Source: Desulfocapsa sulfexigens DSM 10523
GTDB taxonomy: Bacteria > Desulfobacterota > Desulfobulbia > Desulfobulbales > Desulfocapsaceae
NCBI RefSeq assembly: GCF_000341395.1
Contig: NC_020304.1
Location: forward strand, 1,920,001-1,952,000
Direction of reading: 5' to 3'
DNA: 32,000 bases
The notes below the pieces were generated by a model. It worked only from the letters and a program-made list of their open reading frames with translations, searched no databases and had not been told where the DNA came from. Shown piece after piece: positions 1 to 7,323 of this stretch. Within the stretch, counting starts at the first letter, position 1. Each line of letters starts with the position of its first letter. The position numbers and the translations under genes are program-made.

Positions 1-1179
1 GGTATGCGGGATGAGGCGGAAATTAAAGGACATCGACGCACCTATATTGGATCCATGCCCGGAAAGTTTGTGCAGGCTCTCAAGGTGGTGAAGACCTCTA
101 ATCCAGTGATTATGCTTGATGAAATTGATAAGATTGGCGCCTCGTTCCACGGAGATCCAGCCTCTGCCTTGCTTGAGGTGCTCGACCCCGAACAGAACGC
201 TGATTTTCTGGATCACTATCTTGACCTCCGGGTGGATCTTTCAAAGGTTCTCTTTATATGTACCGCCAATCAGCTTGACACTATCCCCGGGCCATTGCTT
301 GATCGGATGGAAATCATCCGTCTTTCAGGATATATAACTGAAGAAAAAATTACTATTGCCAGGAATCATCTTTGGCCGAAGGCATTGCAAAAAGCCGGGT
401 TGAAAAAGAAACAATTGAAGATCAGTGATGCCGCCTTGAGGCTTCTTGTCGAAGGATATGCTCGAGAGGCTGGCGTCCGTAAAACAGAAAAGCATCTGTT
501 GAAGATTGTGCGGAAAGCTGTAGTTCGGTTTCTTGAAGATCCTGAGCTTCTTCTTTCGGTAACTGTAAACAACATCGAAGATTTCTTAGGAAAGCCATTT
601 TTTAAAAAGACATCCCGCATCGAGGGCATAGGGGTTATTACAGGACTTGCCTGGACTGCCCTGGGCGGAGTCACTCTTGCCGTGGAGGCTACAGCTGTGC
701 CAAGTGAGCGTACGGGGTTTAAGCAAACCGGGCAGCTCGGTGATGTAATGCGGGAATCTTCTGAAATAGCCTACAGTTTTTTGCTGTCCAATGCTGCACG
801 GTATGGAGTCAATAAGGAGTTTTTTAAGAAACATTTTATTCATCTCCATGTTCCTGAAGGGGCCACGCCAAAAGATGGTCCAAGTGCTGGTGTGACTATG
901 GCATCTGCTTTGCTCAGCCTTGGTATGGGAAAAAAGGTTAAACGGAATCTTGCAATGACAGGAGAGTTAACCCTTACTGGGATAGTACTCCCGGTTGGAG
1001 GTATTAAGGAAAAGGTGATCGCGTCTAAACGAAATGGTATTAACGAATTGATCTTACCGGAGGCGAACCGTGATGATTTTGAAACTCTGCCCGACTACAT
1101 TAAGGAAGGATTCACGGTGCATTTTGCTGAAAAGTATGATCAGGTTGCAAAGGTGATCCTGTCGGCATTGAAAGGCTGA
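1..1179 (+). CDS. lon: Lon protease, C-terminal part (truncated by window start)
   Basis: AAA+ motifs (VIMLDEIDKIG, GDPASALLEVLDPEQN) and Lon proteolytic domain (PEGATPKDGPSAGVTM, catalytic Ser; GGIKEKVIAS, catalytic Lys). ORF track 4..1179, open at the left edge. Confidence 0.97.
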   Translation, partial: GMRDEAEIKGHRRTYIGSMPGKFVQALKVVKTSNPVIMLDEIDKIGASFHGDPASALLEVLDPEQNADFLDHYLDLRVDLSKVLFICTANQLDTIPGPLLDRMEIIRLSGYITEEKITIARNHLWPKALQKAGLKKKQLKISDAALRLLVEGYAREAGVRKTEKHLLKIVRKAVVRFLEDPELLLSVTVNNIEDFLGKPFFKKTSRIEGIGVITGLAWTALGGVTLAVEATAVPSERTGFKQTGQLGDVMRESSEIAYSFLLSNAARYGVNKEFFKKHFIHLHVPEGATPKDGPSAGVTMASALLSLGMGKKVKRNLAMTGELTLTGIVLPVGGIKEKVIASKRNGINELILPEANRDDFETLPDYIKEGFTVHFAEKYDQVAKVILSALKG

Positions 1180-1182
1180 GGA

Positions 1183-1629
1183 ATGAAGAAGACAAGTAGA
1201 AATAACATATTACTGGCTCTCTTTGCCTTGGTTATTTACCTGCTGGCACAGCAGGGGGAAAATTTTTCAGACATTGCCACTGTCGTTCCCGGGGGATCTG
1301 AAACGACAGTGGAAGCAGCCTTTGCCAATCAGCAAAGTGATTTACAGATTCAGGGTCGTGGGATTGTGAAAAAGGTTCTTCCTGATGATCGTGAGGGGAC
1401 GCAGCATCAAAAGTTTATTTTACAGGTAGATCCTGACCAGACAGTACTTGTGGCCCATAATATTGATGTGGCGGCCAGACTGGAAGGGCTGGAAGCAGGG
1501 GACACCGTGGAGTTCTATGGTGAGTATGAGTGGACAGCACAGGGTGGTGTTATTCATTGGACGCATCGTGATTTAGATGGCCGTCACACAGACGGTTGGT
1601 TGAGATATAATGGAAAAACATACCAGTAG
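1183..1629 (+). CDS. DUF3465-like exported small protein
   Basis: N-terminal hydrophobic segment, then OB-like domain ending in VIHWTHRDLDGRHTDGWLRYNGKTYQ, typical of DUF3465. Starts 3 nt after lon. Confidence 0.75.
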   Translation: MKKTSRNNILLALFALVIYLLAQQGENFSDIATVVPGGSETTVEAAFANQQSDLQIQGRGIVKKVLPDDREGTQHQKFILQVDPDQTVLVAHNIDVAARLEGLEAGDTVEFYGEYEWTAQGGVIHWTHRDLDGRHTDGWLRYNGKTYQ

Positions 1630-1975
1630 CGTGTTCCAAAGAAGAGTTGTCAACAGTTTTGGCTTTTCTTTGCAGGGTTTGCAGGCAACCTTCAGGGAAG
1701 AGGAGGCTTTCAGGGTGGAAATTATTCTGGCAGCCATGCTGATTCCCCTCGGATTGTTTCTTGGTGATAGCGGAACTGAAAGAGCGCTGCTTATTGGTAG
1801 TGTCTTTCTTGTTTTGATTGTTGAAGTCATGAATTCTGCAATTGAAAGCGTGGTGGACAGGTTCGGTGGTGAACAGCATGATCTTTCAGGCCGTGCCAAG
1901 GATCAGGGGTCTGCTGCTGTTTTTCTGTCGCTTATGCTGGTGGTGTTGGTATGGGCACTCCTGCTGCTATTTTAG
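1610..1975 (+). CDS. dgkA: Diacylglycerol kinase (DgkA family)
   Basis: ATFREEEAFRVE and EVMNSAIESVVDRFGGEQHDLSGRAKDQGSAAV motifs, three hydrophobic segments. The start overlaps the previous ORF. Confidence 0.93.
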   Translation: MEKHTSSVFQRRVVNSFGFSLQGLQATFREEEAFRVEIILAAMLIPLGLFLGDSGTERALLIGSVFLVLIVEVMNSAIESVVDRFGGEQHDLSGRAKDQGSAAVFLSLMLVVLVWALLLLF

Positions 1976-1999
1976 TGTATAAGAAAGTTTTTTGTGTCC

Positions 2000-2326
2000 T
2001 TACGATAGTAAAAAACCAGAAATCCAATAGAGTCCCATTCCAATGAGGACAGTTCCTCCAAGACTTTTTGTTTTCACGGCAAAAAGAAGGGTGGGAATGG
2101 CCACTAGAAATTCGGGTTTTCCGATCTCCAGAGAACGGGATGCCTGATCAGTGAAGAGAATTGGGGCAAGCAGGGAACAGAGGATTGCAACGGGGATCAG
2201 GCTTAGCCATTCAACCAGCCATTTCGGCAGATCTCTCCGGGCCAGAAAAAAAAGCGGTAACCAGCGGGGAAGATAGGTGACAAGACCCATCCCGGCAAAC
2301 AGGAAAAGATAGTCGGGAAAACTCAT
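2000..2326 (-). CDS. azlD: AzlD-family branched-chain amino acid transport protein
   Basis: Small membrane protein (YLPRWLPLFFLARRDLPKWLVEWLSLIPVAILCSLLAP) adjacent to AzlC. Confidence 0.85.
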   Translation of the reverse strand: MSFPDYLFLFAGMGLVTYLPRWLPLFFLARRDLPKWLVEWLSLIPVAILCSLLAPILFTDQASRSLEIGKPEFLVAIPTLLFAVKTKSLGGTVLIGMGLYWISGFLLS

Positions 2327-3036
2327 GTGTGTTTCTCTCTATACTGTTTGAAAAAATATCCAAATGTTGCAGCAGTGATGGAGCCTCCTATTATGTAGCT
2401 GTCACCGGGAATAAGCAGATACCACGCCACACTGATGCCAAGAGCCGCTATTCCGGTGAGTACGTAGACAATATTGTGAAGTTGGAAGAGTAAAAGAGCC
2501 AGAAACATTGCCGTGAGCGCGTAATCCGTGCCAAAAGCTCCCCTGGGAATGAATTGACCAAGTACTGCTCCGCAGACAGTAGAGATGATCCAGGTCGTAT
2601 TTGCAAGTTGATTTACGGTAATGGCGCGCTTGTGATCCCAGTTTCCCGTGCGGAAATGGGTCATATTTACAGCGAAACTTTCATCGGTGATACCGTAGGC
2701 AAAAGCGCTTAAAAACAGTCGGCGAATCCCGTTCAAGTGTACTGCCACTGCAGAGCTCATAAGGAAATGGCGCAGGTTGACAACGAAGGTTGTAAAGATA
2801 ATGGACCAGGTCGAGGCACCTGCTGCAAGCATTGCGACGCAGATGAACTGGGCAGATCCTGCAAAGACAAGTATGGACATCATGGCCACTGCCCAGAAAG
2901 GGATAGCTGCCTGAGTGGCCAGTACTCCGAGGGCCAGGCCGATGGGTATGTATCCAAAGCATATGGGCCAGGATGCTGTGGCTCCATCCCAAAACCAGGA
3001 TTCATTTTTGGTGGTGACGTGGGTGTGTTCGGTCAT
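2323..3036 (-). CDS. azlC: AzlC-family branched-chain amino acid permease
   Basis: GYIPIGLALGVLA, VFAGSAQFICVAML, NLRHFLMSSAVAVHL, YGITDESFAV motifs; overlaps azlD by 4 nt. Confidence 0.92.
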   Translation of the reverse strand: MTEHTHVTTKNESWFWDGATASWPICFGYIPIGLALGVLATQAAIPFWAVAMMSILVFAGSAQFICVAMLAAGASTWSIIFTTFVVNLRHFLMSSAVAVHLNGIRRLFLSAFAYGITDESFAVNMTHFRTGNWDHKRAITVNQLANTTWIISTVCGAVLGQFIPRGAFGTDYALTAMFLALLLFQLHNIVYVLTGIAALGISVAWYLLIPGDSYIIGGSITAATFGYFFKQYREKHT

Positions 3037-3336
3037 CTGTTACCTCGCGCTTCCTTCAGCCCTAATCTTCATGCTAAACACGTGTAGAGTGTTAGTCGTT
3101 CCATATTTTATGGGTTGCCAAAGAGGTGTTTTCATGGCTATAGTAGCAGCTTTTTGGTATTCTGAAAATTTTTTATGTGTTTTTTTTAAACGAGTTTCGT
3201 AAAGGTGTTTTCACTCCTCAAGGAAGCACCATATTGAGTGCCGGAGTATTTACCGCATACCAGTGTTAAAAGAATCTACGCGTGTTGTTTTTGAAAAAAT
3301 ATTTCCCAGAAGACTGGGGATTGATGGAGAAAAATT

Positions 3337-3900
3337 ATGTTTGCAGCTTCTGATTTACGTAAAGGGCTTAAAATTCAAATTGATGGTCAGCCATATATTA
3401 TCACCAATTTTGAATTCTCTAAACCAGGTAAGGGCCAGGCCCTGTATCGTTGCAAAATGCGCAACATGATAACAGGGAATCAATTCACCCAGACCTATCG
3501 CTCCAATGAGAAATTTGAAAAACCGGCTCTTGAAGAGCGTAACATGGAGTATCTGTATAATCAGGGTGATGAGTTTCACTTTATGGATACCGAGAATTAC
3601 GAGCAGACATTTATTACCAGAGAGCAGCTTGGTGAGAATGTTAATTTTCTGCAGGACAACATGAAGCTGGATGTTTTGTTTTTTGACAATAAACCAATTG
3701 GTGTCACACTTCCTATTTTTGTTAACCTTATGGTTACAGTGGCAGAACCCTGGGCAAAGGGTGATACTTCTGGAAATGATACCAAACCTGTGACTGTGGA
3801 GACCGGTTATAGCCTTCAGGTTCCGCCGTTTGTTGTTGAAGGTGACAAAATTCAGATTGACACCCGAACCGGGGCATATGTGACCCGAGTAAAAGAGTAA
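3337..3900 (+). CDS. efp: Elongation factor P
   Basis: ASDLRKGLKIQIDG...FEFSKPGKGQALYRCKMRN with modifiable Lys loop PGKGQ; C-terminal DTRTGAYVTRVKE. Confidence 0.97.
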   Translation: MFAASDLRKGLKIQIDGQPYIITNFEFSKPGKGQALYRCKMRNMITGNQFTQTYRSNEKFEKPALEERNMEYLYNQGDEFHFMDTENYEQTFITREQLGENVNFLQDNMKLDVLFFDNKPIGVTLPIFVNLMVTVAEPWAKGDTSGNDTKPVTVETGYSLQVPPFVVEGDKIQIDTRTGAYVTRVKE

Positions 3901-3906
3901 TATTCA

Positions 3907-4797
3907 GTGCTTGATCAACAGAGGCTGCAACTTCGTGCAGCCTTTTTTCAGGCAATTCGCATTTTTTTTCAGGATCTGGGGTTTCTTGAAGTTGATACTC
4001 CTGTTCGCCAGCCACTTGTTATCCCGGAACAGAACATAGCTCATGTTCCTTCGGGAACGCATTTTCTGCAATCCTCCCCGGAATTATATATGAAGCGTTT
4101 GCTCGCTTCCGGTTGCGAACGGATCTTTCAGATTTGCCGTTGTTTCAGATATGGCGAACATGGCAGGCTGCATCTGGAAGAGTTTGTGATGCTGGAGTGG
4201 TATCGACTGGACGCAGATTACAATGATTTGATGTTGGATTGTGAGCAGTTGTTCCAGTTTTTAGGGACAGAGGTGGCGGGTTGCCATTTCCCTGTTTCTC
4301 TCGCTGGACAATGGGACCGTATCACGGTGGAGCAGGCATTCCAAAACTATTGCCCGGTTTCAGTAAATCAGGCGTTACAGGAGGATCGTTTTGATCTCCT
4401 GTTGGTGGAACATATTGAGCCCCATTTAGGGGGCAATATTCCCACCTTCCTTTATGATTATCCTCTTGAGCTAGCATCTCTTGCACGTCCTAAAGCAAGT
4501 CAGCCTGAAGTGGCTGAACGGTTTGAGCTGTACATGAGCGGAATCGAGTTGGCCAACGGCTTCTCCGAACTTACGGATTCTGTGCAGCAAAGAAGTCGTT
4601 TTGAAGAAGAATTTAACAAAATGGGTCTCCGTGACAGAGCACAGAGGAAAATGCCGGAATTCTTTCTGCGAGACCTGGAAAAGATAGATAGGGCAGCAGG
4701 GATTGCCATGGGGCTTGACAGACTATTTATGCTTCTTGCTGGTCAGGACAGTCTTGCTACTGCGGTTACATTCTCGCCGGATGAGCTTGATATGTAA
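3907..4797 (+). CDS. epmA: EF-P--(R)-beta-lysine ligase (LysRS-like, EpmA/GenX/PoxA)
   Basis: Class II aaRS-like domain without anticodon-binding domain: SSPELYMKRLLASGCERIFQICRCFRYGE...EFVMLEWYR...GIAMGLDRLFML; starts 7 nt after efp. Confidence 0.95.
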   Translation: MLDQQRLQLRAAFFQAIRIFFQDLGFLEVDTPVRQPLVIPEQNIAHVPSGTHFLQSSPELYMKRLLASGCERIFQICRCFRYGEHGRLHLEEFVMLEWYRLDADYNDLMLDCEQLFQFLGTEVAGCHFPVSLAGQWDRITVEQAFQNYCPVSVNQALQEDRFDLLLVEHIEPHLGGNIPTFLYDYPLELASLARPKASQPEVAERFELYMSGIELANGFSELTDSVQQRSRFEEEFNKMGLRDRAQRKMPEFFLRDLEKIDRAAGIAMGLDRLFMLLAGQDSLATAVTFSPDELDM

Positions 4798-4820
4798 GAT
4801 GATTGTTGAATAGAATCCCT

Positions 4821-4850
4821 TTGACGTTGCACGGTTGATTGTGATAAAAT
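4821..4850 (+). promoter_or_regulatory. Candidate sigma70 promoter for the multi-UGA gene
   Basis: TTGACG (4821-4826), 18-nt spacer, TAAAAT (4845-4850), about 90 nt upstream of the ATG at 4939. Confidence 0.45.
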
Positions 4851-4938
4851 TTCTCAAGTGAAGGATCGGTCTGTCAGGCCGAACCTGTTTTGTCTTTTTC
4901 ATAGGGAAAAGGACTTACTTTACATTTGGAGATGAACC

Positions 4939-5271
4939 ATGAACACAAAGGAACTGAAAAAGATCCTTGCTGGAATCGGTGTCGTTGGCCTGTTGGCTGG
5001 TGGCGGCATCGCTGTTCCGGGGAGTGCCGGGGCAAGCGGTTGAGGTGGCACCAAGCCCAGTGCAGTTGGCACTGAAGAAAAACCTGCCCCAGGCAGTGGT
5101 TGAGGCGGAACTAAAGACGGCGCAGTTAGCGTCGAAGAACATGTGGAAAATGCGGGAGAAGCTGCAGAAGCTGTAGAGGGTGCCGTAGAAGAGGTAACAC
5201 CCGAACCAGCAGGTAGTGGCTGAGGCGCAAGTAAACCCGACGCAGGTAGCGTCGAAGGTGTCAAGGAGTAG
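4939..5271 (+). CDS. Candidate selenocysteine-containing RiPP precursor peptide (selenobiotic/SbtA-like), 110 aa with 3 in-frame UGA
   Basis: GGAG RBS at 4928-4931, 7 nt before ATG. Recoded translation MNTKELKKILAGIGVVGLLAGGGIAVPGSAGASGUGGTKPSAVGTEEKPAPGSGUGGTKDGAVSVEEHVENAGEAAEAVEGAVEEVTPEPAGSGUGASKPDAGSVEGVKE*, TAG stop 5269-5271. Three SGUG(G/A)(T/S)K(P/D) modules, a SECIS-like hairpin after each UGA, and a terminator downstream. Confidence 0.85.
5058..5074 (+). promoter_or_regulatory. SECIS-like hairpin 1 (UGA 5041-5043)
   Basis: CAGTGC-AGTTG-GCACTG, perfect 6-bp stem, starts 17 nt after the first base of the UGA; loop contains GU. Confidence 0.75.
5118..5134 (+). promoter_or_regulatory. 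SECIS-like hairpin 2 (UGA 5101-5103)
   Basis: CGGCGC-AGTTA-GCGTCG, 6-bp stem with one G-U pair, same +17 offset and same loop length as hairpin 1. Confidence 0.75.
5238..5254 (+). promoter_or_regulatory. SECIS-like hairpin 3 (UGA 5221-5223)
   Basis: CGACGC-AGGTA-GCGTCG, perfect 6-bp stem, same +17 offset and loop length. Confidence 0.75.
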
Positions 5272-5331
5272 GTACTCCCAAAAGAGCGACTGAAGTGCTT
5301 GGTATTTAGGTTTGGTCGCACCTGTTGATAT

Positions 5332-5372
5332 AAAAAAAGCCGATCATGATAGTTTTCATGGTCGGCTTTTTT
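5332..5372. terminator. Bidirectional intrinsic terminator between the multi-UGA gene and ygiQ
   Basis: AAAAAAAGCCGATCATGA-tagttt-TCATGGTCGGCTTTTTT: 12-bp stem with one G-U, A-tract on the left and T-tract on the right. Confidence 0.85.
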
Positions 5373-5402
5373 GTTGTTTCCGGGAAACTCAGACGGATTG
5401 AG

Positions 5403-7202
5403 CTATTTTCGGCGCTTTACTGAGTGCTTATGTGGTCGTTGCTTTTTGTGGCCGCTATTTTTTGGGGAAGAATTTTTGGGAAGGAGGTGCTGCTCCAGGA
5501 TCCGCCGTTGTTTCATGCGTTCAGATTGCCCACGGGCAACAAAAATAGGTTTTTCTGTGTCACGATGAAGACCGGTTACATACATGGCTGTAGCCAGTGT
5601 CCCCGGAGTTGGGGTGAAGTCTTGAAATTGTCTCAGTTCCAGGCCAAGCTTTTGCAGCGTTTTGGCCATATTTGCAGTGTGCGATTCTTTGCATCCCGGA
5701 TGGGCCGAAATAATGTAGGGGCTGAAGTGGGCCTCTTTGTTAAGCTCACGGCTAAGAGTACGACCAAGTTCCAGGAATCTCACTAACTGTTCGCTGGATT
5801 CTTTGTGCATGATATCGAGAACTTCCTGCTCTGTGTGTTCCGGGGCGATTTTTAAAATACCCGGGGTGTGGGTACGGATGATCTCTTTAAACAGTTTTGG
5901 AGTCAGACAGAGGAGTTCCAGGCGTAGACCAGATGAAATAAAGACATTGCGAATCTCTGGCAGGGCTGCCACCTCTCGTAATACAGCAAGGAAGGCTTTT
6001 TCGTTCACCTCAAGATTTTTACAGACCTTTGGGTAGAGGCAGTCGTGCTTCTTACAGGAGCCGATTCGACAGGAAACGCCATAGAGGTTTGCGGTGGGGC
6101 CGCCTATGTCAGTGATGGTTCCTGCGAAATTTTTCATATTGCTGACAGCTTTAGCCTCACGAAGAAGAGACTCTTTGCTGCGACTGCTTATGGCAGGTCC
6201 CTGATGACGCGTGATAGCACAAAAAGAGCAGTTTCCGGAACATCCTCGAACTGCTGTGAGCGAGTGCTGGATCATTCTCGCTGCAGGAACATTCGGAAAG
6301 GCGGGGTGTTCACAGCGTGTATAAGGTAGCTCGTAAAGCTTATCCAGTTCCGGGGTGCTCAGTTGTGGCGGTTGTGGTTGCTGGATAATCCATGAGCTCT
6401 GCTGCCTTTGGATTAATTGTATGTCCCCATAGCTTCTTGCCTGGGCATCTATCGTTTTTTCAGCTCTGAGAAACAGGGCGTCATTTTGCTGAATCTCCTG
6501 CCAGGAAGGAAGGAAAATTCTCGACTTCTCGTCATGTTGGCGCTGCTGAAACACTTGGTCGCTGAGTCGTTCACAGGTTCCTGCAATAGATGAGAGATCA
6601 AGCCCCTTGTCCAGTCGCCTTGCAATCTCAAGAACTGCCTGTTCTCCCATGCCATAGACAAGCAAATCCGCCTTTGCATCACTGAGGAGCGATCCGCGGA
6701 GTTTCTTCTGTTTATAGTCGTAATGAATAAAACGACGCAGAGATGCTTCCACCCCACCAAGTATTACAGGAACATCTTTGTAGGCAGAACGGGCAAGATT
6801 GCTATACAGCATGGAGGCTCGATCCGGCCGTCGTCGTGAGGTCTTTTCTCTCTTTTTGTCAAACCAGGGATTGCCATCCGGGGAATAAGAATCTTTTTCC
6901 CGTACTTTGCCATTACCGGTGTAGTTGGCTACAACGGAATCGAGATTTCCCCCGGTAATACCAAAGAAAAGACGTGGTCTTCCAAACATTTTAAAATCGG
7001 TGTTGTCACTATATCGTGGCTGGGCAAGAATGGCCACGCGGTACCCCTTACTTTCCAGAAGTCTGCCAATGAGCGCAACTCCGAAAGAAGGATGGTCCAC
7101 ATACGCGTCTCCTGTGACGAGAACGATATCAAGTTCATGCCAGCCACGTGCGTCACATTCTTTTTTTGTGGCTGGTAAGGGTGAAATTGGGTCAGCTGGT
7201 TT
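5403..7202 (-). CDS. ygiQ: YgiQ-family (UPF0313) radical SAM protein
   Basis: HSLTAVRGCSGNCSFCAITRHQG (CxxxCxxC radical SAM cluster), GGPTANLYG, C-terminal FTPTPGTLATAMYVTG. The ORF track starts at 7244; an internal Met giving MKPADPISPL (about 7202) is a plausible start. Confidence 0.93.
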   Translation of the reverse strand, partial: KPADPISPLPATKKECDARGWHELDIVLVTGDAYVDHPSFGVALIGRLLESKGYRVAILAQPRYSDNTDFKMFGRPRLFFGITGGNLDSVVANYTGNGKVREKDSYSPDGNPWFDKKREKTSRRRPDRASMLYSNLARSAYKDVPVILGGVEASLRRFIHYDYKQKKLRGSLLSDAKADLLVYGMGEQAVLEIARRLDKGLDLSSIAGTCERLSDQVFQQRQHDEKSRIFLPSWQEIQQNDALFLRAEKTIDAQARSYGDIQLIQRQQSSWIIQQPQPPQLSTPELDKLYELPYTRCEHPAFPNVPAARMIQHSLTAVRGCSGNCSFCAITRHQGPAISSRSKESLLREAKAVSNMKNFAGTITDIGGPTANLYGVSCRIGSCKKHDCLYPKVCKNLEVNEKAFLAVLREVAALPEIRNVFISSGLRLELLCLTPKLFKEIIRTHTPGILKIAPEHTEQEVLDIMHKESSEQLVRFLELGRTLSRELNKEAHFSPYIISAHPGCKESHTANMAKTLQKLGLELRQFQDFTPTPGTLATAMYVTGLHRDTEKPIFVARGQSERMKQRRILEQHLLPKNSSPKNSGHKKQRPHKHSVKRRK

Positions 7203-7323
7203 CATAGTTGCTCCTATCTTAACTGTGCAAATAGCTTTGTGCAAACAGGATTATGATCCTTGCCTTGTTTCCTTGATCGGAACCCGTTAAACTGGTTCAC
7301 ATTAAAATTATTTTACCTACGAG

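Noticed and set aside
1550-1899. Antisense ORFs over dgkA (1550..1879 -, 1573..1899 -)
   Set aside because: They overlap a clear DgkA gene on the opposite strand and have no recognisable domain.
4939-5040. Interpretation as a simple 34-codon peptide ending at the first TGA
   Set aside because: The same frame stays open and coding-like beyond, with the TGA context repeated three times and an equivalent hairpin each time. Random or pseudogene stops would not recur in the same motif.
4915-5321. ORF-track calls over the selenopeptide locus (4915..5142 -, 4920..5321 -, 4967..5176 +)
   Set aside because: Low-complexity frames without recognisable domains or good start contexts. The + strand frame from 4939 has RBS, modular SGUG repeats and matching hairpins.
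5403-7244. YgiQ as a new selenopeptide maturase
   Set aside because: Its motifs and length fit the widespread YgiQ family, the gene is convergent and separated by a terminator; no specific evidence links it to the peptide.
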